Positions 1 through 7,622 of a stretch of DNA of 11,225 nucleotides are shown in pieces. The notes below the pieces were generated by a model. It was not told the DNA's origin, did no database searches, and saw nothing but the letters and a program-made list of their open reading frames with translations. Numbering within the stretch: the first letter of the stretch is position 1; every line of letters begins with the position of its first letter. This DNA is from Elainellaceae cyanobacterium (lineage in GTDB: Bacteria; Cyanobacteriota; Cyanobacteriia; CAZCXK01), in assembly GCA_051117555.1 (NCBI GenBank), contig JBNPEG010000037.1, forward strand, positions 1-11,225. The letters run 5' to 3'. A program made the translations under genes and the position numbers.

Positions 1-17
1 CGTACCGCTTATATACA

Positions 18-127
18 AGGTTGGGTTGAGGTACGTATAGCCCAAGGGGCATTCAAGAAAGGCGCAGCCTTGCCGAAGGCAATAACCCAACGCCCGCATG
101 GGTTACGCTATCGCTAACCCATCCTAC
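18..127. repeat. REP-like palindrome pair: an interrupted left unit and an intact right unit ending in CTAC
   Basis: GTTGGGTT (20-27) is complementary to AACCCAAC (84-91). ATGGGTTACGctatCGCTAACCCAT-CCTAC (98-127) is an imperfect hairpin ending in CTAC (GTAG on the minus strand), the terminal tetranucleotide of GTAG-family REPs. Confidence 0.7.
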
Positions 128-243
128 TGGTCTGACATGCTTAAGATGATGCAAATCCCTAAAGGGCTGAAGCTCTTGAATCCGGTGCGTTACGCTGCGC
201 TAACGGCACCCTACCAATGCACCATCTTAGCTGTGCCACGCCA
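128..243. mobile_element. MITE-like non-autonomous element (116 bp) with degenerate 26-bp terminal inverted repeats and an internal REP
   Basis: 128-153 (tggtctgacatgcttaagatgatgca) matches the reverse complement of 218-243 (tggcgtggcacagctaagatggtgca) at 18/26 positions, with the core TAAGATGrTGCA. Flanks are CTAC (124-127) and CTAG (244-247). No transposase in the window. Confidence 0.5.
184..214. repeat. REP-like palindrome (GTAG family)
   Basis: GGTGCGTTACGctgCGCTAACGGCACC-CTAC; same architecture as 98-127 and 7827-7859. Confidence 0.75.
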
Positions 244-265
244 CTAGATAGAGCAATTCTCGATA

Positions 266-1186
266 CTAGCGCCGCCGATCGGATGCGAAAAAATTACCAA
301 ACAATCCGCCCGATTTAGGTTTTGGTTCATGCCTCAGCTTGCCTTGATTGGGCGCATCTGCTGAAATGCCTAACCGCTTCGCACAGGCAAGCGCGAGTGG
401 GTCTTGCTTATTAAGCGCAAGCGCCCGGCGCACATAGGATTTTGCAGCCCCAGGCAGATTTTGCATCAGATAGATTCTGCCCATCAACGCATGGTATTCA
501 CTTTGCTCTGAATCAATGCGGATGGCATCTTTCAATTCTTGAGTTGCCATGGCTAGATTCTGCTTTCTAACATACTCCTGCGCGCGTAGATAATGTTTCT
601 GAGCATAGTTGACTTTATCCCGGTCACCCGAAACAGGTGGCGTATAGTGAGGCACCTTCTGCGGGGTCGAAATCAAACCCATCGGTTTCTCTCGCATGAT
701 GGGTTCGCCCATTTTTAAGCGTAGATAAACCAGATTTAACTCGCTGAGCTGCTCGGTGATTGGCTCAAACTGATCTAAAGACTGGTATTGAAGGTTTGCC
801 AACTTGGCGATCGCCTGCTCATAAAACATATCCACCTGAGGAACGGGCTGATTGAGCAGCCTGCGTGCCATATCAAATTCAGGCTTAATCGATTCATCTC
901 GCGTCAGGCGGCGCACACGAAATCGCAACATCGCCAGCGTATCTGCCCGCCCCTTATCCTGTTTTAAGCGCTGATAGGCAGGGTTGACTAAGCGCGCCAA
1001 AAGCTGATTTGCTCCACCAATGGCCTCATTCCCTGACCCAATCAAGCTATCAGGATGGAGCAATTTTGCAACCGTATGATACCGTTTCAACACTCGACGA
1101 TCGTCAGATGCGACCGATAGCCCCAAAACAGCATAGGGGTCTGTAAATTTCTCTAGCCATTCAGCAGAAAAAGTAACCTGAGACAT
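266..1186 (-). CDS. J-domain (class C DnaJ-like) protein with C-terminal TPR repeats
   Basis: N-terminal DPYAVLGL...KRYHTVAKLLHPD...NPAYQRL is a J-domain with an intact HPD motif. C-terminal helices (AQKHYLRAQEY...ELKDAIRIDSEQSEYHALMGRIYL...AKSYVRRALALN) are TPR-like. Confidence 0.88.
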   Translation of the reverse strand: MSQVTFSAEWLEKFTDPYAVLGLSVASDDRRVLKRYHTVAKLLHPDSLIGSGNEAIGGANQLLARLVNPAYQRLKQDKGRADTLAMLRFRVRRLTRDESIKPEFDMARRLLNQPVPQVDMFYEQAIAKLANLQYQSLDQFEPITEQLSELNLVYLRLKMGEPIMREKPMGLISTPQKVPHYTPPVSGDRDKVNYAQKHYLRAQEYVRKQNLAMATQELKDAIRIDSEQSEYHALMGRIYLMQNLPGAAKSYVRRALALNKQDPLALACAKRLGISADAPNQGKLRHEPKPKSGGLFGNFFASDRRR

Positions 1187-1670
1187 TGATAATTGGCTTG
1201 TGGGTAGGTCGCTTCAAAGAATAAATCGTGTTGAAATATTAGCCATGCCAAGCGTTTTGGAGCGTCTCTTTAGATCATACGTATCCTTTCGGAGACAACC
1301 CTATTCGTTCAAAAAGTTTATAGTTTCATCCCAAAATAGTGTTGGCGTTGTGCCCAAACCGATATGCTCATCGATGGCCTCATCACACGGCTCAATAGAC
1401 GTTGAGGCTTACAAAACCAAATTTATGGTTTGATATCCCTAGGTAAGAATGCTTTTTTGGGCGGGTACTTTTGGAGTTAGTAGAAATTTGGGCGGCACAT
1501 CCTGCTCTTGTCAACAGGGTACAAAATTTAAGACAAGATTTTCATTAAAACCCAGTAAACCAAAAATAAATATTTCAGAAACTTAGAACAGCTACGACAG
1601 GTTTGAGCGATCGCATAGTGAGCCTCGGGATCTTAATGCAAATCGTCTGAGGATTCGGACACTTGATGCT

Positions 1671-1684
1671 GTATACCTTTATAC
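1671..1684. promoter_or_regulatory. Possible NtcA-type box (GTA-N8-TAC)
   Basis: tGTAtacctttaTACt in the divergent intergenic region. No TAN3T -10 element at the canonical ~22-nt distance on either strand, so support is weak. Confidence 0.25.
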
Positions 1685-1869
1685 TAATCAATTTTGACTG
1701 AAACGCGGGGTTCACAACAGTTTGTCATAGCATCGAGCAAAATGGGCAAATTGCAGCATGATGAATAATGAGCCTCGGCTCCACATTGATTTAAAATGCA
1801 GGTCGATATACGTGCCTGCTTACTGCGTGGCATGATAAAAACTCGGTATGGTGTCAGCATCAACATCCC

Positions 1870-2328
1870 ATGACGCAGCCCTCTGTTTTGAAACACATTG
1901 CTCTGCCTAGAAATCGGAACGTGTCAATCGTCTTGGCATTCGCAGGAATTGCTGTACCGGGGCTTCATAAATTTTATTTGAGAGAATGGCGATGGGGAAT
2001 TGTGTACCTGATTTTAGGAGTCACCCATGTGCCACAAGTAGCGAGCGTGATCGAGGGGCTGTGGTACTGGTCTCAAAACGACGATGAATTCGATCACACC
2101 TTTAACCAAGGCACCTCTTTTCAAGTGGGATATGAGGGTGCTCAACCTAAGGCAATTGCTGAGAAACCGCGGATGGATTGTGATCCTAAATTAAACGTAT
2201 CTAAATCGGATTCAGTCGAGGCGATCGCCAATGCAGTCCGCCAGTTGGAAGCACTCCGGCAAGAGGGGCTGATATCAGACTATGAATTTGAGCAAAAACG
2301 TCGTCGGCTTCTCGACTGTATTGATTAG
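1870..2328 (+). CDS. TM2/NINE-domain membrane protein with a C-terminal SHOCT domain
   Basis: RNRNVSIVLAFAG...GLHKFYL...WGIVYLILG fits the TM2/NINE motif (GxHxFYL). C-terminal VRQLEALRQEGLISDYEFEQKRRRLL fits SHOCT. Confidence 0.85.
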   Translation: MTQPSVLKHIALPRNRNVSIVLAFAGIAVPGLHKFYLREWRWGIVYLILGVTHVPQVASVIEGLWYWSQNDDEFDHTFNQGTSFQVGYEGAQPKAIAEKPRMDCDPKLNVSKSDSVEAIANAVRQLEALRQEGLISDYEFEQKRRRLLDCID

Positions 2329-2504
2329 CAGCAACGTTACATATAGCAATCCCAAATCAATTGTGGGAACACCCAAAGGGGTTTGAGCACGAAGTCCCCA
2401 AGAAGGAGCAACGCACCCCCACCCCTCTTACAAATCATTTAGGACGGCTATATGTATCTCATCTCATATCTACACCCATCACAGATCTACAAGGAGAGAG
2501 CACC

Positions 2505-3074
2505 TTGGAGCTTCAGAAATGGCTAAAATCTGCGGCAAATCTCCAAGCTAAGTTAAAGGCTCGGCTTCAACCCCTGCAAACTCAACTGCGGCGCGACCCT
2601 TACTATCGCTTTCAGTCCATCGAAGAGGTGCAGATTGCGGCATCCCTCGGCGTTAGTATTGATGTCAATCAGGCGAGCGTTGACGATTGGCTACGGTTGC
2701 CCGGCCTATCGATTCACCAAGCGCGATCGCTCACTGATTTGGCTCAATCCGGTATTCAGTTTCACTGCCTTGATGACGTTGCTGCTGCGCTGAACATGCC
2801 GCTTCACCGTCTACGCCCCTTAGAGCCAATTCTAAGATTTTATTACTACGACAAGGGCGATCGCGCATTAACCATCCGCCCTGTCCCCCTCAATACCGCT
2901 TCAGTCGATGTCTTAATGCAAATTCCGATGCTAAAGGCCGATCTGGCAGGGGCCATCGTCTGGGAGCGTCAGCAGCGCGGAGCATATCGCAATCTTGCCG
3001 ACTTGCAACGACGACTCTCCATCCCCAGCCCTATCATGAGTGATTTAATGCATTATGTACGCTGCGAACCATAG
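2505..3074 (+). CDS. ComEA-family helix-hairpin-helix DNA-binding protein (two HhH modules)
   Basis: IDVNQASVDDWLRLPGLSIHQARSL and VPLNTASVDVLMQIPML...AIVWERQQRGAYRNLADL are ComEA-type HhH modules. Start placed at TTG 2505 (in frame with ORF 2361) because AAGGAG lies at 2491-2496; start is uncertain. Confidence 0.8.
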   Translation: MELQKWLKSAANLQAKLKARLQPLQTQLRRDPYYRFQSIEEVQIAASLGVSIDVNQASVDDWLRLPGLSIHQARSLTDLAQSGIQFHCLDDVAAALNMPLHRLRPLEPILRFYYYDKGDRALTIRPVPLNTASVDVLMQIPMLKADLAGAIVWERQQRGAYRNLADLQRRLSIPSPIMSDLMHYVRCEP

Positions 3075-3718
3075 GCAGGCTGCTGAATTCGGTCGACCCG
3101 TTGAGGTGGCCAAAACCTGAGTATCGCATGCCCAATCACATTCTCGCGGGGCAAAAATCCCCACACATGGGAATCGTTACTGTTATTGCGATTGTCCCCC
3201 ATGACGAAGAACACCCCATCAGGAATCTTCACAGGCAGCAGTTCATAGCGAGGCGGTTCGGCAATGTAGTCCTCCTGTACGGGCTGCCCATCGAGAAACA
3301 CGACCCCGCCGCGAATTGCAATCACGTGTCCAGGTTCGCCGATAATTCGCTTGATAAATGCCTGATTAACCGAATAGCCTTGAGATTGGAGCTGAGGGGG
3401 CGGGTCAAAGACGATGATTTCCCCGGCGGCTGGCGGACGAAAATAATACGAAACCTTTTCAACTACGAGGCGATCGCCCACTTCCAGCGTCGGCGCCATC
3501 GAATCAGAGGGAATATAGCGCGGCTCAGCGATAAACATCCGAATTAACAATGCCACCACTAGCGCAATAGTAACGAGTTGAATATTGTCTCGCTGCGATG
3601 CCCACCAGCGCGACCAGGCAGATCGCTCTTTTTCTGGCTGAACGCGAGACGATGGTTGTTCTACTGTTTGCGAGTTTTTTGGAGATTGAGTATCGATCGA
3701 ACCAGGGTCAGAAGCCAT
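3053..3718 (-). CDS. lepB: Signal peptidase I
   Basis: One N-terminal TM segment, Ser box IPSDSMAPTL, GDRLVVEK, Lys box AFIKRIIG and the FVMGDNRNNSNDSHVWG box. Confidence 0.97.
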   Translation of the reverse strand: MASDPGSIDTQSPKNSQTVEQPSSRVQPEKERSAWSRWWASQRDNIQLVTIALVVALLIRMFIAEPRYIPSDSMAPTLEVGDRLVVEKVSYYFRPPAAGEIIVFDPPPQLQSQGYSVNQAFIKRIIGEPGHVIAIRGGVVFLDGQPVQEDYIAEPPRYELLPVKIPDGVFFVMGDNRNNSNDSHVWGFLPRENVIGHAILRFWPPQRVDRIQQPAYGSQRT

Positions 3719-3903
3719 ACGTGCCCATCGTTGAATGTATCAATATGCAGTAAAGAAGCATGGTGAACTATACCATGATCACGTTCGTCTCGGCTTTCAA
3801 ATCAATTAAGCAGAGTTATGCCAGAATTGATTGCCAGAGTTATTGCCAGAATCTATTCATCCAGTATCAGAATAAAGATAACCAAAGACATGACAGAAGT
3901 GCT

Positions 3904-4110
3904 ATGAGTCAGCCCACCGCCTGGTATATCGTAAAGCGAGACGATGATCGCTGCGACATTATTCCAGATTACACCCTGCCCCCCGCCTCTACAGACTCTC
4001 GCAATAACAGCGATCAAGAGCCTCAGCAATGGGGACCCTTCTCGTCTCACGAAGACGCGATCGCCCGACGGGTAGGATTAATCAGATCGGGCAAATGCCA
4101 GCCTATGTAA
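3904..4110 (+). CDS. Small conserved cyanobacterial hypothetical protein (68 aa)
   Basis: ATG at 3904 within ORF 3760-4110. WYIVK...C.I....WGPFSS.EDAIARRVGLIRSGKCQP resembles a short cyanobacterial family I recognise from memory. The upstream extension looks non-coding. Confidence 0.75.
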   Translation: MSQPTAWYIVKRDDDRCDIIPDYTLPPASTDSRNNSDQEPQQWGPFSSHEDAIARRVGLIRSGKCQPM

Positions 4111-4158
4111 TCGGGATGAGCCTATACGAGGTAGACGCCTCGAATTTTAAGGACGTCT

Positions 4159-5454
4159 CTATGGCGTAACTTCTGCTCTCGGCTGCTGGTTGCGGTTGGC
4201 GATCGCCTGCTGCAAAATTTCTAGCGCCTCTGAATACTGGGGATCAGAGGATGTGCCAATCAATGTCCGATCCTGAGACAGTTCTTCTCGTTGCGCCTCA
4301 CTCAGCTCAATGATAATATTAGGCACAATTCCTTCCTGGTTGATATCTCGACCACTAGGCGTAAGATACTTCGCAACGGTGATTGCTAAGCCAGATCCGT
4401 CACCCAAAGGCCGCACTGACTGTACCAATCCCTTACCAAAGGTCTGGGTGCCAACCAAAATCGCGCGTTCGTTATCTTGCAGCGCGCCTGATAAAATTTC
4501 GCTGGCGCTAGCAGACCCGCCATCTACCAAAACGACGAGGGGTTTGTCTGTCAGAGAGCGCCCATTGGCTCGTTCGCGATCGGTCACGCCTTGGCGATCG
4601 ACCGTTGAAACGATGGTGCCATCTTCGAGCCACATTCGAGCGATATCAATGCTGGAATAGAGCAATCCACCTGGATTAGAGCGCAGGTCTAAGATATACC
4701 CTTCAACATTATCTTTCTCCAGCTCTCGGATCGCCTCCTGCATTTCTTCGGCCGCATTGGCGCTGAACTGAGTAAGACGAATATATCCAACTCCGCCTTG
4801 TGAATCTTCGGCACGAAGCGAATAGCGCACCGGATGAATTTCGATGCGAGCCCGTTCGATTGAGAAGTCAAGTTGCTCACCCTCTCGACGAACCGTCAGC
4901 GTAACAGTCGAGCCCACAGGCCCCCGGATTCGATTGACGGCATCGTTGATATCCATACCCTCTGTGCTCTCACCGTCAATCTCGACGATGACATCCCTCG
5001 CCATCATCCCAGCCTCAAACGCCGGGGTGTCTTCGATGGGAGAAACAACAATGAGTTCATCCGTTTCTTCGTCTTGAGAAATTTGAATCCCTACGCCAGT
5101 CAGCTCACCCGACGTATCAATTTGCATATTGCGAAATTCTTGCGGGTCCATAAAACGAGTGTATGGATCCTCAAGTTGCTCTAACATTTCGCGAATCGCA
5201 ACATAGGCTTCGTCGCGGTTGCTGTATTCACGCTCCAAGTACTCTACTCGAACGGCCTCCCAATCAACGTGATTGAAGGTTCCATCTACGTAGGTGCGAT
5301 TAACAAGTTGCCAAACCTCGTCGATTAGCTCTTTGGGACTATCTTGGAAAAATGCTTGGCTTCGCGAAAGATGGAGGCTAGTAATTCCTGTAACAATTGC
5401 AGTAACTGCTACTGCCGTTGCACCTAGGACAAGACCGCGCTTTACAGTTCTCAT
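4159..5454 (-). CDS. ctpC: Carboxyl-terminal processing protease (S41A family, PDZ domain), CtpC-like
   Basis: Signal-like N-terminus from ATG 5454 (MRTVKRGLVLGATAV), DPYTRFM, GELTGVGI PDZ entry, ILDLRSNPGGLL, catalytic GSASASEIL, TFGKGLVQ and KYLTPSGRDI. The N-terminal PKELIDEVWQ.VNRTYVDGTFN resembles the CtpC paralog as I recall it; paralog identity is less certain than the family. Confidence 0.9.
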   Translation of the reverse strand: MRTVKRGLVLGATAVAVTAIVTGITSLHLSRSQAFFQDSPKELIDEVWQLVNRTYVDGTFNHVDWEAVRVEYLEREYSNRDEAYVAIREMLEQLEDPYTRFMDPQEFRNMQIDTSGELTGVGIQISQDEETDELIVVSPIEDTPAFEAGMMARDVIVEIDGESTEGMDINDAVNRIRGPVGSTVTLTVRREGEQLDFSIERARIEIHPVRYSLRAEDSQGGVGYIRLTQFSANAAEEMQEAIRELEKDNVEGYILDLRSNPGGLLYSSIDIARMWLEDGTIVSTVDRQGVTDRERANGRSLTDKPLVVLVDGGSASASEILSGALQDNERAILVGTQTFGKGLVQSVRPLGDGSGLAITVAKYLTPSGRDINQEGIVPNIIIELSEAQREELSQDRTLIGTSSDPQYSEALEILQQAIANRNQQPRAEVTP

Positions 5455-5596
5455 GTCTATTGAATGGGTGACTAAGAGTATGCGACGAAGTACGCTCAAT
5501 TTAACACAGCCTGCTAAGGAATGGCATGTCTGATGACAGCTTTAAGTAGGCTAATTTCGAATATTACAAACTGTGACGGAGTCCCTGATTGAGGAT

Positions 5597-6823
5597 TTAC
5601 GGATCAATCCAGCGTTCATCTGCTTTAATCAGATTAATTAACTCCTCAACGCCCTTGTCTTCAGGTACTTTTTTGATTTCATTGCGTCCTCGATATAGCG
5701 AAATGTATCCGGGCTGTTTGCCGACATAGCCATAGTCGGCATCTGCCATTTCTCCAGGGCCATTCACAATGCATCCCATTACGGCAATATCTAGGCCAGC
5801 CAAGTGCTTAGTCGCCTCCCGAACTTCATGGAGAACGTCTTCCAAATTGAATAACGTGCGTCCACAGGATGGGCAGGCGACATACTCCACCATTGTCTTG
5901 CGCAACCCTAACGATTGGAGGATGCTGTAGCAAACCGGAATTTCCTTTTCAGGCGCTTCTGTGAGAGAAACACGAATCGTGTCTCCAATGCCTTCGGCCA
6001 AAAGGGTGCCGATGCCTGCCGTTGACTTAATGCGGCCATACTCTCCGTCTCCTGCCTCCGTCACGCCGAGATGGAGGGGATAATCCATCCCAAACTCATC
6101 CATACGCTGTGCCATGAGGCGATAGGCTGCAATCATCACGGGCACTCGCGATGCTTTGAGCGAAATCACAAGATTTTGATAGTCGAGGGATTCACAAATG
6201 CGGATGAACTCTAGTGCAGACTGCACCATCCCTTCAGGTGTGTCACCGTAGGTAAACAGCATGCGCTCAGCCAGCGAGCCGTGATTAACCCCGATGCGCA
6301 TCGCTTTCCCCTGATCGCGCAAGGATACGACTAGCGGTTCTAACGTCTGACGAATCTTGTCGCCGATTTCTGCAAACTCCGCTGGGGTATATTCGGTGCG
6401 ATCGCTCTTGGGTTTTTCAAATACGTATAAGCCCGGATTGATCCGTACTTTGTCAACGTGCTTAGCCACCTCTAGGGCAATCTTCATGCCGTTATGATGC
6501 ACATCTGCCACCAATGGCACATCCTGATAGGTGTCTCGGAGCCGCTGTTTGATGTCAGCGACGGTTTTGGCGTGCCCCACACTAGGGACAGTCACGCGAA
6601 CAATTTCACACCCGATTTCGTGAAGACGCCGGATCGCAGCGACTGAGCCGTCAATATCCATCGTGTCTTCATTAATCATCGATTGGACAACAACGGGATG
6701 TCCTCCACCAATCGTAACGCTACCGACCCGAACAGGACGAGTCTTGCGGCGATGAATGGTTGTGTCAGTTGAAAGCTGAGCGTAGGGTGTGGAGGATGTA
6801 ACGGGGTTGGGCAAAGTCTGCAT
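5597..6823 (-). CDS. ispG: (E)-4-hydroxy-3-methylbut-2-enyl-diphosphate synthase (MEP pathway)
   Basis: [10 protein letters not shown]...[47 protein letters not shown] and the [4Fe-4S] ligands CPSCGR and [10 protein letters not shown]. Start at ATG 6823 (MQTLP). Confidence 0.98.
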   Translation of the reverse strand: MQTLPNPVTSSTPYAQLSTDTTIHRRKTRPVRVGSVTIGGGHPVVVQSMINEDTMDIDGSVAAIRRLHEIGCEIVRVTVPSVGHAKTVADIKQRLRDTYQDVPLVADVHHNGMKIALEVAKHVDKVRINPGLYVFEKPKSDRTEYTPAEFAEIGDKIRQTLEPLVVSLRDQGKAMRIGVNHGSLAERMLFTYGDTPEGMVQSALEFIRICESLDYQNLVISLKASRVPVMIAAYRLMAQRMDEFGMDYPLHLGVTEAGDGEYGRIKSTAGIGTLLAEGIGDTIRVSLTEAPEKEIPVCYSILQSLGLRKTMVEYVACPSCGRTLFNLEDVLHEVREATKHLAGLDIAVMGCIVNGPGEMADADYGYVGKQPGYISLYRGRNEIKKVPEDKGVEELINLIKADERWIDP

Positions 6824-6947
6824 ATGCAATCGTTTATGTATATAAAGCTAATCAGCCTGCTATTTTCCAGATTGCCACAAACGGGAACGTTTTGGCGGAT
6901 AAGGAGAGGTTAAGACACAGAGCCAAATCGTGGTCTGCATCGATGAG

Positions 6948-6992
6948 TTTGACAGCCTGTCTTTTGACAACGCCAGATACCTCCGCTTGAAT
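6948..6992 (+). promoter_or_regulatory. Candidate promoter/operator of the metal cassette: two TTGACA boxes and a GACAG-C-CTGTC dyad
   Basis: TTGACA at 6949-6954 and 6964-6969, inverted repeat GACAGcCTGTC at 6951-6961, and a weak -10 (TTGAAT, 6987-6992) 17 nt after the second TTGACA. Confidence 0.4.
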
Positions 6993-7020
6993 TTAGCAAG
7001 GTCATGTATGGAAAAGAGGA

Positions 7021-7590
7021 ATGCAATCTGAGGATATGTCTCGTGCAGCGGGAAAGCAGCGCAAATGGTTATCTGTCGGGGTCGAAGCACACGGGACTGT
7101 AGCAATTGGCATTAGTGCTCACGGGTTGATCGCGATCGGATTATCGGCGCATGGGGTTGTGGCGATTGGCATTACTCCGATGGGAATTGTCTCATTGGGT
7201 GTGGTGTCAATGGGGGTTTTCAGTGCTGGAGCCGTCTCGATGGGAGTGGTAACAAGAGCCCCGGTGAGCATGGGATTTTTCAACTTTTTTGGACGGGGCG
7301 TTGACCATGATATGCAAGAGCACGATATGCCTGACATGGATATGGAAGGGCATCAACCCAGTCATTCTGATGCCTTTATGGCATCAACGCTTCGTCCTAT
7401 TGAGTCAAATACATCCTATTTAACAGCGACTTCAACGCCGACGATGCCAACTGTTAGATCGGCGTCGTACTCTCCTCCTGAGTCAGCATCGTCTACATCG
7501 ATCGGTCTGGCTGCGACGTTGATGATTCCGCTGGTTAGTTTTGGAATAAAGGGATGCTTGAATACCCTGCGTAGGTTTGTTAAGCCATAG
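7021..7590 (+). CDS. Uncharacterised glycine-pentapeptide-repeat, His/Met-rich putative membrane-associated metal-binding protein
   Basis: Gly every 5 residues from G20 to G85 (except position 80), His/Met/acidic tract at residues 95-120, Ser/Thr/Pro linker, then a hydrophobic segment and basic tail. Co-oriented with the downstream HMA gene. Start may be ATG 7021 or 7036. Confidence 0.8.
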   Translation: MQSEDMSRAAGKQRKWLSVGVEAHGTVAIGISAHGLIAIGLSAHGVVAIGITPMGIVSLGVVSMGVFSAGAVSMGVVTRAPVSMGFFNFFGRGVDHDMQEHDMPDMDMEGHQPSHSDAFMASTLRPIESNTSYLTATSTPTMPTVRSASYSPPESASSTSIGLAATLMIPLVSFGIKGCLNTLRRFVKP

Positions 7591-7622
7591 GTAGACACTC
7601 AGGAAAAATTGGGAGAGATAGC

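Noticed and set aside
18..247. Possible CRISPR array, tRNA or integron attC sites
   Set aside because: No identical direct repeats with regular spacers, no cloverleaf, and no cas or integrase gene. The CTAC-terminated hairpins fit REP-type repeats better.
1200..1433. 77-aa plus-strand ORF (and 1684-1896 on the minus strand)
   Set aside because: No recognisable motif or clear RBS; both lie in the divergent promoter region, and the second overlaps the start of the TM2 gene.
2361..2504. N-terminal extension of the ComEA-like ORF
   Set aside because: Looks non-coding; a better start with an AAGGAG RBS exists at TTG 2505.
3101..3766. Plus-strand ORFs 3101-3547 and 3578-3766
   Set aside because: Antisense shadows of lepB.
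3853..4050. 65-aa minus-strand ORF
   Set aside because: Antisense to the more credible small protein at 3904-4110.
4126..4158. Short alternative hairpins between the small ORF and ctpC
   Set aside because: Stems are short and imperfect; may be a weak terminator but cannot be supported.
4310..5533. Several short ORFs inside or antisense to ctpC
   Set aside because: Shadow frames of a well-supported gene.
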